DNA of 33,225 nucleotides, from contig QMVO01000001.1 of NCBI GenBank assembly GCA_003661125.1, positions 1 through 33,225 of the forward strand. The letters run 5' to 3'. The translations under genes were made by a program, and so were the position numbers. Numbering within the stretch: the first letter of the stretch is position 1; each line of letters begins with the position of its first letter. The stretch comes from Methanosarcinales archaeon (lineage in GTDB: Archaea > Halobacteriota > Syntropharchaeia > Alkanophagales > Methanospirareceae). Positions 16,474 to 24,875 of this stretch are shown piece after piece. A model generated the notes under the pieces. The model did not search any database. It had not been told where the DNA came from and saw nothing but the letters and a program-made list of their open reading frames with translations.

Positions 16474-16669
16474 CGTATTTCCTAACAACTAAATTCAAAA
16501 TCGCCGCTGTTATTTCACTGATAAAGGAATCTATTGGGTATTTGGTATCCAAAATCGCAATAAAAAGCGTATTTTTGTATCTTTTGAAGATAAACAATTG
16601 AGGGTTACCGCCTCTCTTCCTGAAGATGAAAGAATCGGCTTGAGCGGATACCGAGGTGCTATTTGGCAT
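16457..16669 (-). CDS. hypothetical small protein (70 aa), uncertain
   Basis: ORF track. It fills part of the gap between 16473 and 16902 in a tightly packed operon and overlaps the next gene by 17 nt. No motif. Confidence 0.3.
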   Translation of the reverse strand: MPNSTSVSAQADSFIFRKRGGNPQLFIFKRYKNTLFIAILDTKYPIDSFISEITAAILNLVVRKYDDHKR

Positions 16670-16670
16670 T

Positions 16671-16790
16671 TTACTTTTTCTTTGCTTCCCATTCCTTTAT
16701 TAAGCTTATAAGCGCTTTTAGGTTTGCTACTTTTTCTTCTATTTCCTCCACTGCTTCTTCCAGCATCTGCAAGTGCTCGCGTTCTATCAT
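16671..16790 (-). CDS. possible 39-aa coiled-coil sORF (not in ORF track)
   Basis: Hand translation: MIEREHLQMLEEAVEEIEEKVANLKALISLIKEWEAKKK*. GGAGAAGG lies just upstream. The stop is 1 nt before the ATG of 16457-16669. Confidence 0.3.
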   Translation of the reverse strand: MIEREHLQMLEEAVEEIEEKVANLKALISLIKEWEAKKK

Positions 16791-16901
16791 ATCCTTCTCC
16801 TCTTGCGCATGAAACTGAACGGGCTACTATCACATTCACGATGACTACCCAAAAATGTAAAATTACCGTTACATCTACGGCGCCTGCATAAGAACAGGAA
16901 T

Positions 16902-17585
16902 TCATGTGTCTTTTCTTCGCTCATTTTCTTTCATCTCATCCAAAAGCATTCGTATATCGATCTCAGCTTTCATTATCTCAAAAGCATCGTCCGCAATACC
17001 TATCTCATCTTTTATTAGCTCAAGAGCATCATCGAATTCTATCTTATATTTCTCTGCTAATCCCCGAATAAACTTAAGCTTTCTCTTTAGTTGTAGTTCA
17101 AGAAAATTCCTTATCTCTTTTCCAGCTACCTCTTTGATCGCATAGAAATACTCCTGCAACTCCAAAAATTTATTAATTACGCAGATTATCCCGACAATTT
17201 CAGGATTATTGACTTTGATTCTCCTTTCGTTTGGCGTCGGTTGGAGACTTTCTAATTTCACAGGGTATCTCGTTCCTTCTACTATTGTAATCAGTGCTCC
17301 ATCATCATTGAAATCAAAGATAAAACGACGAAAATTGGTATAATCCTCTCTAATATCCTCTTCAGCGAATTCGCTTTTCTCGCGCTTTATCAAGCAAGTT
17401 TTTATTTTTTCTGCTGTCCTTGAGCACACAGGAATCTCTTCTTTATCACGCAATCGAATCACTAAAGACCTGTAAGAATGACTGATAACCCCTTTCACTC
17501 CTAAAGCTTTTAGTGTTGATTTATCTCTCGTAACGACTGTTTTACTTACCATTTCTTCTATGTCTTTCTTTATCTTTTCACTCAT
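16902..17585 (-). CDS. hypothetical protein (227 aa)
   Basis: ORF track. ATGA overlap with the upstream gene. Lys/Glu-rich. No family recognised. Confidence 0.55.
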   Translation of the reverse strand: MSEKIKKDIEEMVSKTVVTRDKSTLKALGVKGVISHSYRSLVIRLRDKEEIPVCSRTAEKIKTCLIKREKSEFAEEDIREDYTNFRRFIFDFNDDGALITIVEGTRYPVKLESLQPTPNERRIKVNNPEIVGIICVINKFLELQEYFYAIKEVAGKEIRNFLELQLKRKLKFIRGLAEKYKIEFDDALELIKDEIGIADDAFEIMKAEIDIRMLLDEMKENERRKDT

Positions 17586-17926
17586 TCTCTCCTATCGCCT
17601 CCAAACATAACTCCTTTATCATCTTCCACTTCCAAATACAATATATTATTTTTGATCCACCATGATTTTATTTCGGGATGGTTAGCGAGCAACTCACGGA
17701 GTGCAGCATACTCTTCCGCAGTTAATATTCGGTCTGCGTGACTAGGGATATAATATCCTTCTTCGGTTAAAGCTTCTGAAGATGCAGAAGATGTGTCATA
17801 ACGCCAAGTGATACGATACCAAACAAAGTTAGCGGGGGCTTCGGTATACAGGCTGCTACTTTCATTATAAGCTAAAACTACTTGTTCTTCCATCCTTGGA
17901 TTTTGCTCATTGAAAGCAAACATCAT
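17582..17926 (-). CDS. hypothetical protein (114 aa)
   Basis: ORF track. 4-nt ATGA overlaps at both ends. Confidence 0.55.
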   Translation of the reverse strand: MMFAFNEQNPRMEEQVVLAYNESSSLYTEAPANFVWYRITWRYDTSSASSEALTEEGYYIPSHADRILTAEEYAALRELLANHPEIKSWWIKNNILYLEVEDDKGVMFGGDRRE

Positions 17927-18129
17927 GTTAACATATCCCTCAATATTTTTAACTTCCTTATTGTCCTTTCCCTAATAGCTTCCCTCTCTCTGGCTTTCAA
18001 TTCTTTCAATTCACTTGTGCTCATGAAAAAGGCTGCAAGTGGAAAGTCGTAGTATTCTGCGATTAGCTTCAGCTTCTCAAGTTCAATTTGTATGAACTCG
18101 CCTGAAGTTTGCTGTTTTTCTTTGCTCAT
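17923..18129 (-). CDS. hypothetical small protein (68 aa)
   Basis: ORF track. ATG start. 1-nt gap to the upstream gene. Confidence 0.5.
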   Translation of the reverse strand: MSKEKQQTSGEFIQIELEKLKLIAEYYDFPLAAFFMSTSELKELKAREREAIRERTIRKLKILRDMLT

Positions 18130-18130
18130 T

Positions 18131-18415
18131 TTATTTACCTTTTTTCCTACACGCCCTTTTCGTTCGCTTCATATGTCTTACCGTTGTACGAATTTCTTTG
18201 GCTATATCGCTAGGGAACAGCCATGCATTATCATTTCCTACAATCTCGGCTTTTCGCTCGTTCCATGCTGTATTTAGATGAGTATAGATATGACCTATCG
18301 CTATTTTGAACACCTCTTCGTCATATTCTTCATCAGTCTCGATTCTATCAATCGTCTTGTCCAGTTCTTCTTTTGCTTCTTTTAAGTGTGCAAGAATCCA
18401 CTCTCTGTTTAACAT
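18131..18415 (-). CDS. hypothetical helical protein (94 aa)
   Basis: ORF track. Its start overlaps the stop of the zinc-ribbon sORF. Confidence 0.5.
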   Translation of the reverse strand: MLNREWILAHLKEAKEELDKTIDRIETDEEYDEEVFKIAIGHIYTHLNTAWNERKAEIVGNDNAWLFPSDIAKEIRTTVRHMKRTKRACRKKGK

Positions 18416-18570
18416 TTTTCCTTCCCTCTACTATCCTCAAAACAACACTTTTTCCAACATTTCGGGCATATCTCCCACGCTTCTGCGAACGCTTTGCTCA
18501 TCTCATCACTGTATTTGCATTTGAACCTCGCACCACATAGAGAACAGGTTCTCTCAATCTCCCCCTTCAT
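18409..18570 (-). CDS. 53-aa zinc-ribbon protein (not in ORF track)
   Basis: Hand translation: MKGEIERTCSLCGARFKCKYSDEMSKAFAEAWEICPKCWKKCCFEDSRGKEKC*. Two CxxC pairs lie 22 residues apart. It overlaps both neighbours, as do other genes in this operon. Confidence 0.55.
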   Translation of the reverse strand: MKGEIERTCSLCGARFKCKYSDEMSKAFAEAWEICPKCWKKCCFEDSRGKEKC

Positions 18571-18829
18571 CTTCTTCCATTACCTCAATCATTTTTCTCT
18601 TTTCATGTCTTTGAAGTGTCTCTAACTTCAGCTTTTTGGTCAGCATTTCACCAAATGCAACTCCTTTTAAGAATATTTCAAAGTTATTAACCCATCTACG
18701 GAAATTGAAAATCCTCAGTGGATGTGGCATCTCCCCAAACTCTTCTTCAAAGAATGAAACTATTGCGGCAGCTCTGAGCGCATCGTATGCTACTTCTATC
18801 GGTATCTCTTCTTTTTCATCTTCACTCAT
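18554..18829 (-). CDS. hypothetical protein (91 aa from MSEDEKEE...)
   Basis: Same ORF-track frame as 18554-18853. I prefer the ATG at 18829 because it forms an ATGA overlap with the upstream stop (18826-18828). Confidence 0.5.
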   Translation of the reverse strand: MSEDEKEEIPIEVAYDALRAAAIVSFFEEEFGEMPHPLRIFNFRRWVNNFEIFLKGVAFGEMLTKKLKLETLQRHEKRKMIEVMEEDEGGD

Positions 18830-19239
18830 TTTCCTTCTCTCTCCATACACCACATCAACGCTTGAGCGAGCGCATCACTAAGTTTCCTATCCACAAATTC
18901 CCGCAAAACTTCGATTTCACCGTTATGGTAACGCTGGTATCTTACTACATAACCATCACTAAAATGTGACTTGTGTACAGATAGGATGTATTGTTGACCC
19001 TCGCGCAATCTCGTAGAATGTGGCAACATCTCCATTAGCTCAGGAGGCATATAGGCTGGTATTTTCTCTTTTACTTCTCTACCGGCACCACTGTAATCAA
19101 AATCGTCATCATCTTTCATCGCAAGATCGACTGATTCATCGCTCCATACTCGCCAGTAGAAGAGACTGGGTGAGTTCACACCAGCCTCTTTCAGCTCTTT
19201 TGCAAGCCCGATAGAGACAACTTGGTCTTTTATGTTCAA
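18826..19239 (-). CDS. hypothetical protein (137 aa)
   Basis: ORF track. TTG start, preceded at about 9 nt by GGAGGT. No family recognised. Confidence 0.5.
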   Translation of the reverse strand: MNIKDQVVSIGLAKELKEAGVNSPSLFYWRVWSDESVDLAMKDDDDFDYSGAGREVKEKIPAYMPPELMEMLPHSTRLREGQQYILSVHKSHFSDGYVVRYQRYHNGEIEVLREFVDRKLSDALAQALMWCMEREGK

Positions 19240-19254
19240 CCTATCTACCTCCTC

Positions 19255-19557
19255 TTATCTTACCTCTCCGTTCTTCACTAGTTCTGCTTTGAATGTCTCA
19301 ATCAAATATTCTTCCGTTGTGAAGTTAACCATAACTTCTCCACCCTTCGGTGAAACAACTGCTACAAGCCATCCGTTCTTGAAGATATGGAAGGTGAATG
19401 GTTCTATCTCCCATCCATCTTTATCCTTTGTCTTTCCGTCTGCCGTGATCTTAACGATATAATCGCCAATCTGCTTGCTGACAAGTCCTTTTCCTGTGAG
19501 TGGTGCATATTCCATGAAATGTTCTGCCAATACCGCAAAAAGTTCAGGGATTTTCAT
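19255..19557 (-). CDS. hypothetical protein (100 aa)
   Basis: ORF track. ATG start with GGAGAGG upstream. Confidence 0.5.
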   Translation of the reverse strand: MKIPELFAVLAEHFMEYAPLTGKGLVSKQIGDYIVKITADGKTKDKDGWEIEPFTFHIFKNGWLVAVVSPKGGEVMVNFTTEEYLIETFKAELVKNGEVR

Positions 19558-20044
19558 TTACTTTCGCCTCTCCAACTCTCCATCCTGACGTACCTATCAC
19601 TGTCACATCCTTTAGCGCCTCTACCGCGTTCTTAAACTCAGCAATACGCTTCGCGCTACCTTTTACTGTTGCAACCCGCATCATCTTGTTACCATCTATC
19701 ATTGTTGAAACCGAACAGGCAACATCCCTGAATTTCGCTTCACACTCCATAAGCTCTGCAATTAGTGTTTGCTTATGTTCACTGTGTTCAGCAGGTAGTA
19801 TATACACTACCACACCCATCTTCTTCGTATCTCTTTCGTGCCGTAGCCCTGAGATGTGCTTTTCGATATGAACCCTGAGCAAATCACGAATAGCTTCTGA
19901 CTTGGTTGCATAGCCCTGCTCTTTTATCACCGAATCAAAAAGTTGCAGTAACCGTAGAGGCAGTGATACTGTAAGCCTTTCTATTTTAACATCGCTTGCC
20001 TTTCTACCCTTCTTCCTTTTTAGTTCCCCTTCTCTATCCATCAT
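19544..20044 (-). CDS. NikR-like transcriptional regulator (N-terminal RHH plus C-terminal ACT/ferredoxin-like domain)
   Basis: IERLTVSLPLRLLQLFDSVIKEQGYATKSEAIRDLLR closely matches the NikR RHH signature (...tv.l...ll..ld......gy.nRSEaiRDllR). The C-terminal half has the beta-alpha-beta-beta-alpha-beta pattern of the NikR regulatory domain, but most nickel-ligand His/Cys positions look replaced. Confidence 0.65.
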   Translation of the reverse strand: MMDREGELKRKKGRKASDVKIERLTVSLPLRLLQLFDSVIKEQGYATKSEAIRDLLRVHIEKHISGLRHERDTKKMGVVVYILPAEHSEHKQTLIAELMECEAKFRDVACSVSTMIDGNKMMRVATVKGSAKRIAEFKNAVEALKDVTVIGTSGWRVGEAKVNENP

Positions 20045-20060
20045 CTTACTATCAGCCTCT

Positions 20061-20450
20061 TTAGTTTAATAGTGACTGCGCTTTTACCCACGCTTGTCCC
20101 ACTCGCAACTTCGCTAAGGCGTTACCGTGCGTGGTTAGCCGATATAGAGGAGTACCACGATGTATCCTGCGTTCTAGCGAGCCTTCTGCGATTAGAACCA
20201 TGAGAAAAAATTCTAAGACATCCACCGGTTGTTCTAACTTACCTGCTTTACTGAAATATTGTGCCCGTTTCAGACGTTCAATATAACTATCGAAAAGCAT
20301 ACAATCTGCTAATTTCTTTATCTCTGCTTCATCACTTGATTGTACTACTATACATGCAAGACATACGCGTGCTGCATCTGCTTGTTCTTCCGATATTATT
20401 CTATCTTCTATCAGCTTATCTATTACAGCGTCTAATGCTTTTCTATCCAT
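20061..20450 (-). CDS. hypothetical protein with a possible C-terminal winged helix
   Basis: ORF-track frame. I prefer the ATG at 20450 (MDRKALD...) over the GTG at 20462. The C-terminus reads VLEFFLMVLIAEGSLERRIHRGTPLYRLTTHG. Confidence 0.45.
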   Translation of the reverse strand: MDRKALDAVIDKLIEDRIISEEQADAARVCLACIVVQSSDEAEIKKLADCMLFDSYIERLKRAQYFSKAGKLEQPVDVLEFFLMVLIAEGSLERRIHRGTPLYRLTTHGNALAKLRVGQAWVKAQSLLN

Positions 20451-20481
20451 CGTTATAATCACATAGGGGTGTACATTCTTC

Positions 20482-20838
20482 CTAACTATTCCTGATTATA
20501 GAGGATTGTTCGGCTGTTTTACTCTCGATAGCTTCTTCAATCTGCTTTATCTCCTCTTCAATCTCCGGTATCGGCGCTATCTCTTCCTGATTGCTGCTGG
20601 GTAGGCTTGAGAAACCTAAAATCCTATTTATCTCATTTGATATCTGTTTTATCTCAAGCATGATATTTGTATCTTGGATTGACCCTACCTGTTTCTCTGC
20701 AAGCTCTATATACTTCCTCAAAAGGATTATCTCTGACTTTAGCTTTGTGAATAGCATCTTCCTTTTGGTATAGAGATCTGCCTTCTTCTCTCTTAGCTCC
20801 TTCAACTCCTTTTCTATCTTATCCAATTCTTCCCACAT
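20482..20838 (-). CDS. coiled-coil protein
   Basis: ORF-track frame. I prefer the ATG at 20838 (MWEELDK...), which lies 8 nt after GAGGTG. The sequence is heptad-like and Lys/Glu/Ile-rich. Confidence 0.5.
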   Translation of the reverse strand: MWEELDKIEKELKELREKKADLYTKRKMLFTKLKSEIILLRKYIELAEKQVGSIQDTNIMLEIKQISNEINRILGFSSLPSSNQEEIAPIPEIEEEIKQIEEAIESKTAEQSSIIRNS

Positions 20839-20850
20839 TTCTATCACACC

Positions 20851-21825
20851 TCACTCTTCTCTATGTACTATTTTTATTTCTCTTTCTTCCGCTTCTATCT
20901 CCGGTGCTTCACGCCACTCTTTGTTCATAATTTTCAATTGCGCTCTCCGTGCAGCTTTCGTAATCGCATCTCGAACAGCAAACATCCTGAAACGCAGAAA
21001 ACGCTCGTAGATTTTGCGTTTCGCCTCAGGCGAAAGGATAGGCCTTCCTTCATCATCCCAGCCTTCTATCGGTTTCTTACCTTCTCGTTCCATCTTCTCT
21101 ATTATTTCCAGTGCTATTGATTCCTTGTGTGTATCAAAAACATGTATCACGGATTCATCAACAAACTGTTCGCCCATACGTGCTCGTACAATAGCCTTTG
21201 CATATTCTCTTGTTTGTGTCGCTTCTATTATCTCCGTGCTAACTCCTGCTTGGTTAGCCCACTGCTGCACCAGCCACGCATCAGGCTCTTCATGACCACC
21301 TACCTTATACACACCACCTCTCTTTTCAAACGCTTTTGTCTGTATCTCCCTTCTCGGCGCTGGTACTGCAGGAAGTTCTGGCATTTTCACCTCTCCTAGC
21401 CTAAATTTACTGAACTGCTTAAATTCTTCCATCTCCTTTAGCTCGTCTGTATTGATAGGTTTATTATCGCGGAAGCCCCAGATACGCCCGTTTGGATTGG
21501 CATTATTGTATGTTATACCTATAATAACACCCTCGTCTATCCACTTGCTAAACTGTGTCTTACCGTTCTTCTCCTGTTCCTTGAACCCTATGCGCCTAAG
21601 GAACTCTTGCTCATCCTCTCGCTTGTTCATCTCTATCTCTCTTTCCATTGTTTTTTCAAATTCGTTATCACCCATCTCCTCTATATTCTTTGGTGTTACG
21701 CTTTTCTGTGGTTCTTCTTTCTTTTCTGTAACTCTTTTATCCTTGGTTTCTTGTGGTTTGCCTATTATTATTGGCTGTTGCTCTGGCTTTTCTTTTTCCT
21801 TATCCAGTTTCTTTTCTTCTTTCAT
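20851..21825 (-). CDS. hypothetical protein (324 aa) with a highly charged N-terminus
   Basis: ORF track. It is the largest gene of the small-gene operon. No motif recognised. A replication or recombination role is only a positional guess. Confidence 0.55.
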   Translation of the reverse strand: MKEEKKLDKEKEKPEQQPIIIGKPQETKDKRVTEKKEEPQKSVTPKNIEEMGDNEFEKTMEREIEMNKREDEQEFLRRIGFKEQEKNGKTQFSKWIDEGVIIGITYNNANPNGRIWGFRDNKPINTDELKEMEEFKQFSKFRLGEVKMPELPAVPAPRREIQTKAFEKRGGVYKVGGHEEPDAWLVQQWANQAGVSTEIIEATQTREYAKAIVRARMGEQFVDESVIHVFDTHKESIALEIIEKMEREGKKPIEGWDDEGRPILSPEAKRKIYERFLRFRMFAVRDAITKAARRAQLKIMNKEWREAPEIEAEEREIKIVHREE

Positions 21826-21846
21826 TTTTTCAGTTTATTTGTTTTT

Positions 21847-22053
21847 TTATTCTTTGCTTTTGCTGATGTGTACATCAACAATATCTCCAACACTGAAATC
21901 CGTAAGTACCCACGGTTTACCCTTGAGTGTTACCGACACATCTTCCGACTCAAAACTTATAGTCCGTCTCTGCGCTTCTTCTTTCTCTTCACGCTTCGTT
22001 GTTGTGTCCGTTATCTTCTTTATTTTCATCTTCTCTACCTTAAACAACTCCAT
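21847..22053 (-). CDS. hypothetical small protein (68 aa from MELFK...)
   Basis: ORF-track frame. AGGAGGTGA lies 8 nt upstream of the ATG at 22053. Confidence 0.45.
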   Translation of the reverse strand: MELFKVEKMKIKKITDTTTKREEKEEAQRRTISFESEDVSVTLKGKPWVLTDFSVGDIVDVHISKSKE

Positions 22054-22082
22054 CTTCCACATCACCTCCTCTATTTTTTCTT

Positions 22083-22235
22083 CTATCTTTCTTCCTTCTC
22101 TTCTGTCACCTTCGCCTTCGTGACACTTACCAGAACTATATCCCCCTCCTTCGCTCCTATCTCCTCAAGGAGAGAAGGCGGAAGGATTACACGCCGCTGT
22201 GAACCAACCCGAACTGGCTCTTTCTTCTCGCTCAT
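22083..22235 (-). CDS. AbrB/SpoVT/MazE-type swapped-hairpin DNA-binding protein, 50 aa (not in ORF track)
   Basis: Base-by-base translation: MSEKKEPVRVGSQRRVILPPSLLEEIGAKEGDIVLVSVTKAKVTEEKEER*. RVILPPSLLEEIGAKEGDIVLV is a classic SpoVT-AbrB signature. ATGA overlap with the upstream gene. Confidence 0.65.
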   Translation of the reverse strand: MSEKKEPVRVGSQRRVILPPSLLEEIGAKEGDIVLVSVTKAKVTEEKEER

Positions 22236-22600
22236 ATTCGCTTATCCCTCCAAATTTTTGCCTCTTCCTCTAACGGATGAGATATGATATCGACCCGCAT
22301 GACTCTCTCAAAGTATTCATGCGTGAATATCGCTTCGCCTTGTTCATTTAGCTCTCGCTTCATTACTGCCCTAAGCGGATGCACCCCTTTCTCTGTCAAT
22401 TCTGCTATCAAACCGATCGGAAGAACCGCTACCAACTCATCTGTCTCGTTCTCCTGCATCAACTTCAAAACCTCCATCGCTCCAGACACTGTTTTTGAAA
22501 CTTGCACGATCTCTATCCCACCGAACACTTTCTCAAGCTCTTTAATCTGCTTCTCCTGCGGCTCGTGCCTCGACAGCCATAACACTCTCCTTTTTCTCAT
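22232..22600 (-). CDS. hypothetical protein (122 aa), first gene of the leftward small-gene operon
   Basis: ORF track. ATG start preceded by GGTGATGGGAG, with a TATA-like element on the minus strand (rc of 22633-22640 = TTTATATA). Confidence 0.55.
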   Translation of the reverse strand: MRKRRVLWLSRHEPQEKQIKELEKVFGGIEIVQVSKTVSGAMEVLKLMQENETDELVAVLPIGLIAELTEKGVHPLRAVMKRELNEQGEAIFTHEYFERVMRVDIISHPLEEEAKIWRDKRI

Positions 22601-22762
22601 CTCCCATCACCACTAATATTATGGTAATTGGTATATAAAGCTATCTGTTTGTTATCAAAAATTGGGGTGAAATGAATATATCCAAGTTATGTATATGTCG
22701 TAGTTTTGATTGTTTAAAAATAAAAAACGAAAAATAACGAAAAATAAAAGAGGAAAAAGAAA
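22601..22762. promoter_or_regulatory. divergent promoter region
   Basis: A 162-nt AT-rich spacer between divergent starts at 22600 (-) and 22763 (+). It holds TTTATATA on the minus strand (22633-22640), tttaaaaataaaa at about 22714-22726, and tandem ACGAAAAATA x2 at 22727-22746. Confidence 0.5.
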
Positions 22763-23830
22763 ATGAAATTGGAATTGGAAAGTTTAGCTGAAGAGTTGGA
22801 ACGAGCAAAAGCGAACTCGAAGGATATAATCGTCGACACACAGAACATCCAGATGGAGTCTTGCAACAACGACACAGTACTGAACATAAACGGTGAAACA
22901 TATCCACTTACCGATTGGGCGCACACGCAAATCGCTGAAAAGCTCGGCATCCCAGTGAAATACTACAATAAAATGCGAGAATCAGGCAAAACAGAACTGC
23001 TCGCAGAAAATGTGAATGCATGGATGCCTGTACGCGAAAGGCGACTGATACGGATACTTTACAACCGCGTTAGAGCTTTCCTATCTGATAGATACCGACC
23101 TATGGACAACTACGACTTGCTGTTCTGCGCACTTGACGAATTCAGGCATCACGATGTGGAGATACACAGGTGTGATCTTACCGAGACATATATGTATATC
23201 AAAGCTTTTCAGCCAGCAGAGATCAGACAGATAGATACAGAATACGGAACTGTCAGTGTTATACCGGGATTGATATTGTCAAATAGCGAAGTGGGTGCCG
23301 GGAGCATGAAAGTAGAGCCCGCACTACTGAATATAGGCTGCAAAAATGTGTTTATAGCGTCTGCGCAGTTCAAAGCTGTGCATATCGGCAGGCGAAGGGG
23401 CGAAGGTGATATATGGGCTGATGATACACTACGATTGCAAGATGAAGTGCTGTGGCGTGAGGTACGCGATACGATTAGAGCAGCGTTCGATACCGAGCGG
23501 TTTGTTAGAGCAGTGGAGCGATTCTCGGAAGCGGCAGAGAACAAAGTTAAATCGCCAACAATTGTAGTTGACAGCATTGCCTCGCACTACAGCATAAGCG
23601 AAGAGAGAAAGAAAAAGCTGCTCTACTACTTCGCTAAAGAATCACCTACACAGCTCGGTGTAGCAAATGCTATTACGAGATTGGCACAGGACGAGGAAAG
23701 AGCAGAGGAGCAGGTAGAGTTAGAGCGATTAGGATACAACATTGTGGCAATGAAAAAGCAAGCGTTTAACAGCCTTATAAAAGAAAAGGAGGGTGATGAT
23801 AGTAAAGGGATAGAAATAACAATCGAATAG
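22763..23830 (+). CDS. hypothetical protein (355 aa), possibly DUF932-like phage/plasmid-associated protein
   Basis: ORF track. YPLTDWAHTQIAEKLGIPVKYYNKM resembles the conserved N-terminal motif I recall for DUF932-type proteins. This is from memory only. Confidence 0.5.
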   Translation: MKLELESLAEELERAKANSKDIIVDTQNIQMESCNNDTVLNINGETYPLTDWAHTQIAEKLGIPVKYYNKMRESGKTELLAENVNAWMPVRERRLIRILYNRVRAFLSDRYRPMDNYDLLFCALDEFRHHDVEIHRCDLTETYMYIKAFQPAEIRQIDTEYGTVSVIPGLILSNSEVGAGSMKVEPALLNIGCKNVFIASAQFKAVHIGRRRGEGDIWADDTLRLQDEVLWREVRDTIRAAFDTERFVRAVERFSEAAENKVKSPTIVVDSIASHYSISEERKKKLLYYFAKESPTQLGVANAITRLAQDEERAEEQVELERLGYNIVAMKKQAFNSLIKEKEGDDSKGIEITIE

Positions 23831-23842
23831 TTATGAAAAAGA

Positions 23843-23880
23843 GAAGGGGGAGCTACCCCTTCCCATTATTTTTTCTTTTT
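23843..23880 (+). terminator. GC-rich hairpin followed by a T-tract
   Basis: gaagggg (23843-23849) pairs with ccccttc (23856-23862) across a 6-nt loop, followed by ttattttttcttttt. It lies 13 nt after the stop at 23830. Confidence 0.5.
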
Positions 23881-23904
23881 GCTTAAAAACTAAATAACGA
23901 AAAA

Positions 23905-24126
23905 ATGGAAAAAAATAAAGAATTTGTCCACGAAAAGTATTTAGGTGAGTTAGAAGCACATGCAAAGACATTACTGGAAATATGCGAGGACTATGGTAAA
24001 GAAATCGGTGAGCTCGTAGCTGCGAAGAGGGGAATAGAAGCAGGCAGGATAGCGCAAGGAGATGCAGAAAAAACTATGCTACTGGGTGTGATACGATTCA
24101 TGCTGGACTGTTATATGCAAAAATGA
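23905..24126 (+). CDS. hypothetical small helical protein (73 aa)
   Basis: ORF track. ATG start preceded by the TAACGAAAAA leader motif. Confidence 0.5.
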   Translation: MEKNKEFVHEKYLGELEAHAKTLLEICEDYGKEIGELVAAKRGIEAGRIAQGDAEKTMLLGVIRFMLDCYMQK

Positions 24127-24224
24127 ATAATCGGAAAGGGGATGGGTTATGATATAGACTTATAGTCCTCCCTTCTTCCATTTTTTACATAGAGACAAAT
24201 AAAAAACAAATTCTACGAATAAAA

Positions 24225-24752
24225 ATGAAAAAAATAGAAGAGCTTGCGAAAAAGGCTAATCCTGCTCTTCGTTTATTTTTTAAGCCTGAAGGCTTAAAAC
24301 TAATGCCCGAAAAGCGATATAACGAAGTGATGAACATATTACAAAAAGAAGAACCAACGCATTACGAGCGGTTATGGATGGTGGGGTATCTTAAGTGGCT
24401 GGGATTCACCGCAGATGAGATTATGGCAATCATAGACAATCGTAACAACTGGCTCGATTATGATAGGAATATCACATGGTATCAAATATGCTCAGTATTC
24501 AAGACTAAGGCTAAAAAACCGCGCGTGGCAAGACATGAAAAGCTACACAAACGAGAAAAGATTGATTTACCACCGCTGTCCAAACGACAACAGAAAGAAT
24601 TACAGCGCGCGGCTAACTGGAAAGCTGATGAGTTAATAACACAAGCGCTTAGAGAGCAATATAATATCGTGTGGTATCCTTGGGAGAGCGAAGAGATAAG
24701 GCAGTTAGATAGTGAAATCCTACCAGATGCATATCTCGCAAGAACTACATAA
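24225..24752 (+). CDS. hypothetical protein (175 aa) with a weak resemblance to primase C-terminal (PriCT-like) helical domains
   Basis: ORF track. HYERLWMVGYLKWLGFTADEIMAIIDNRNNWLDYDRNITWYQICSVF loosely fits the R..L......L...G.s.eei......n......pl...e....i.s pattern. Low certainty. Confidence 0.45.
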   Translation: MKKIEELAKKANPALRLFFKPEGLKLMPEKRYNEVMNILQKEEPTHYERLWMVGYLKWLGFTADEIMAIIDNRNNWLDYDRNITWYQICSVFKTKAKKPRVARHEKLHKREKIDLPPLSKRQQKELQRAANWKADELITQALREQYNIVWYPWESEEIRQLDSEILPDAYLARTT

Positions 24753-24875
24753 CTATCATGCGCCACACCCACAAATTTCTACCATAGCAAAAATGTTCTA
24801 CCTTGTCACGATAAATTATATTACCCACACGTGAAAATTTCGATAGAAGCGAAAAATAACAACTATTACACAACA

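Noticed and set aside
16531-16905. 124-aa minus-strand ORF
   Set aside because: Its composition is implausible (Arg/Ser/Gly runs). It overlaps better candidates in other frames (16457-16669 and the 39-aa coiled-coil sORF).
21452-22287. Two long + strand ORFs (223 and 226 aa)
   Set aside because: They are extremely Ser/Phe/Leu/Cys-rich and low in complexity. They are the antisense shadow of Lys/Glu-rich minus-strand genes (20851-21825, 21847-22053, 22083-22235), which have proper starts, Shine-Dalgarno motifs and overlaps.
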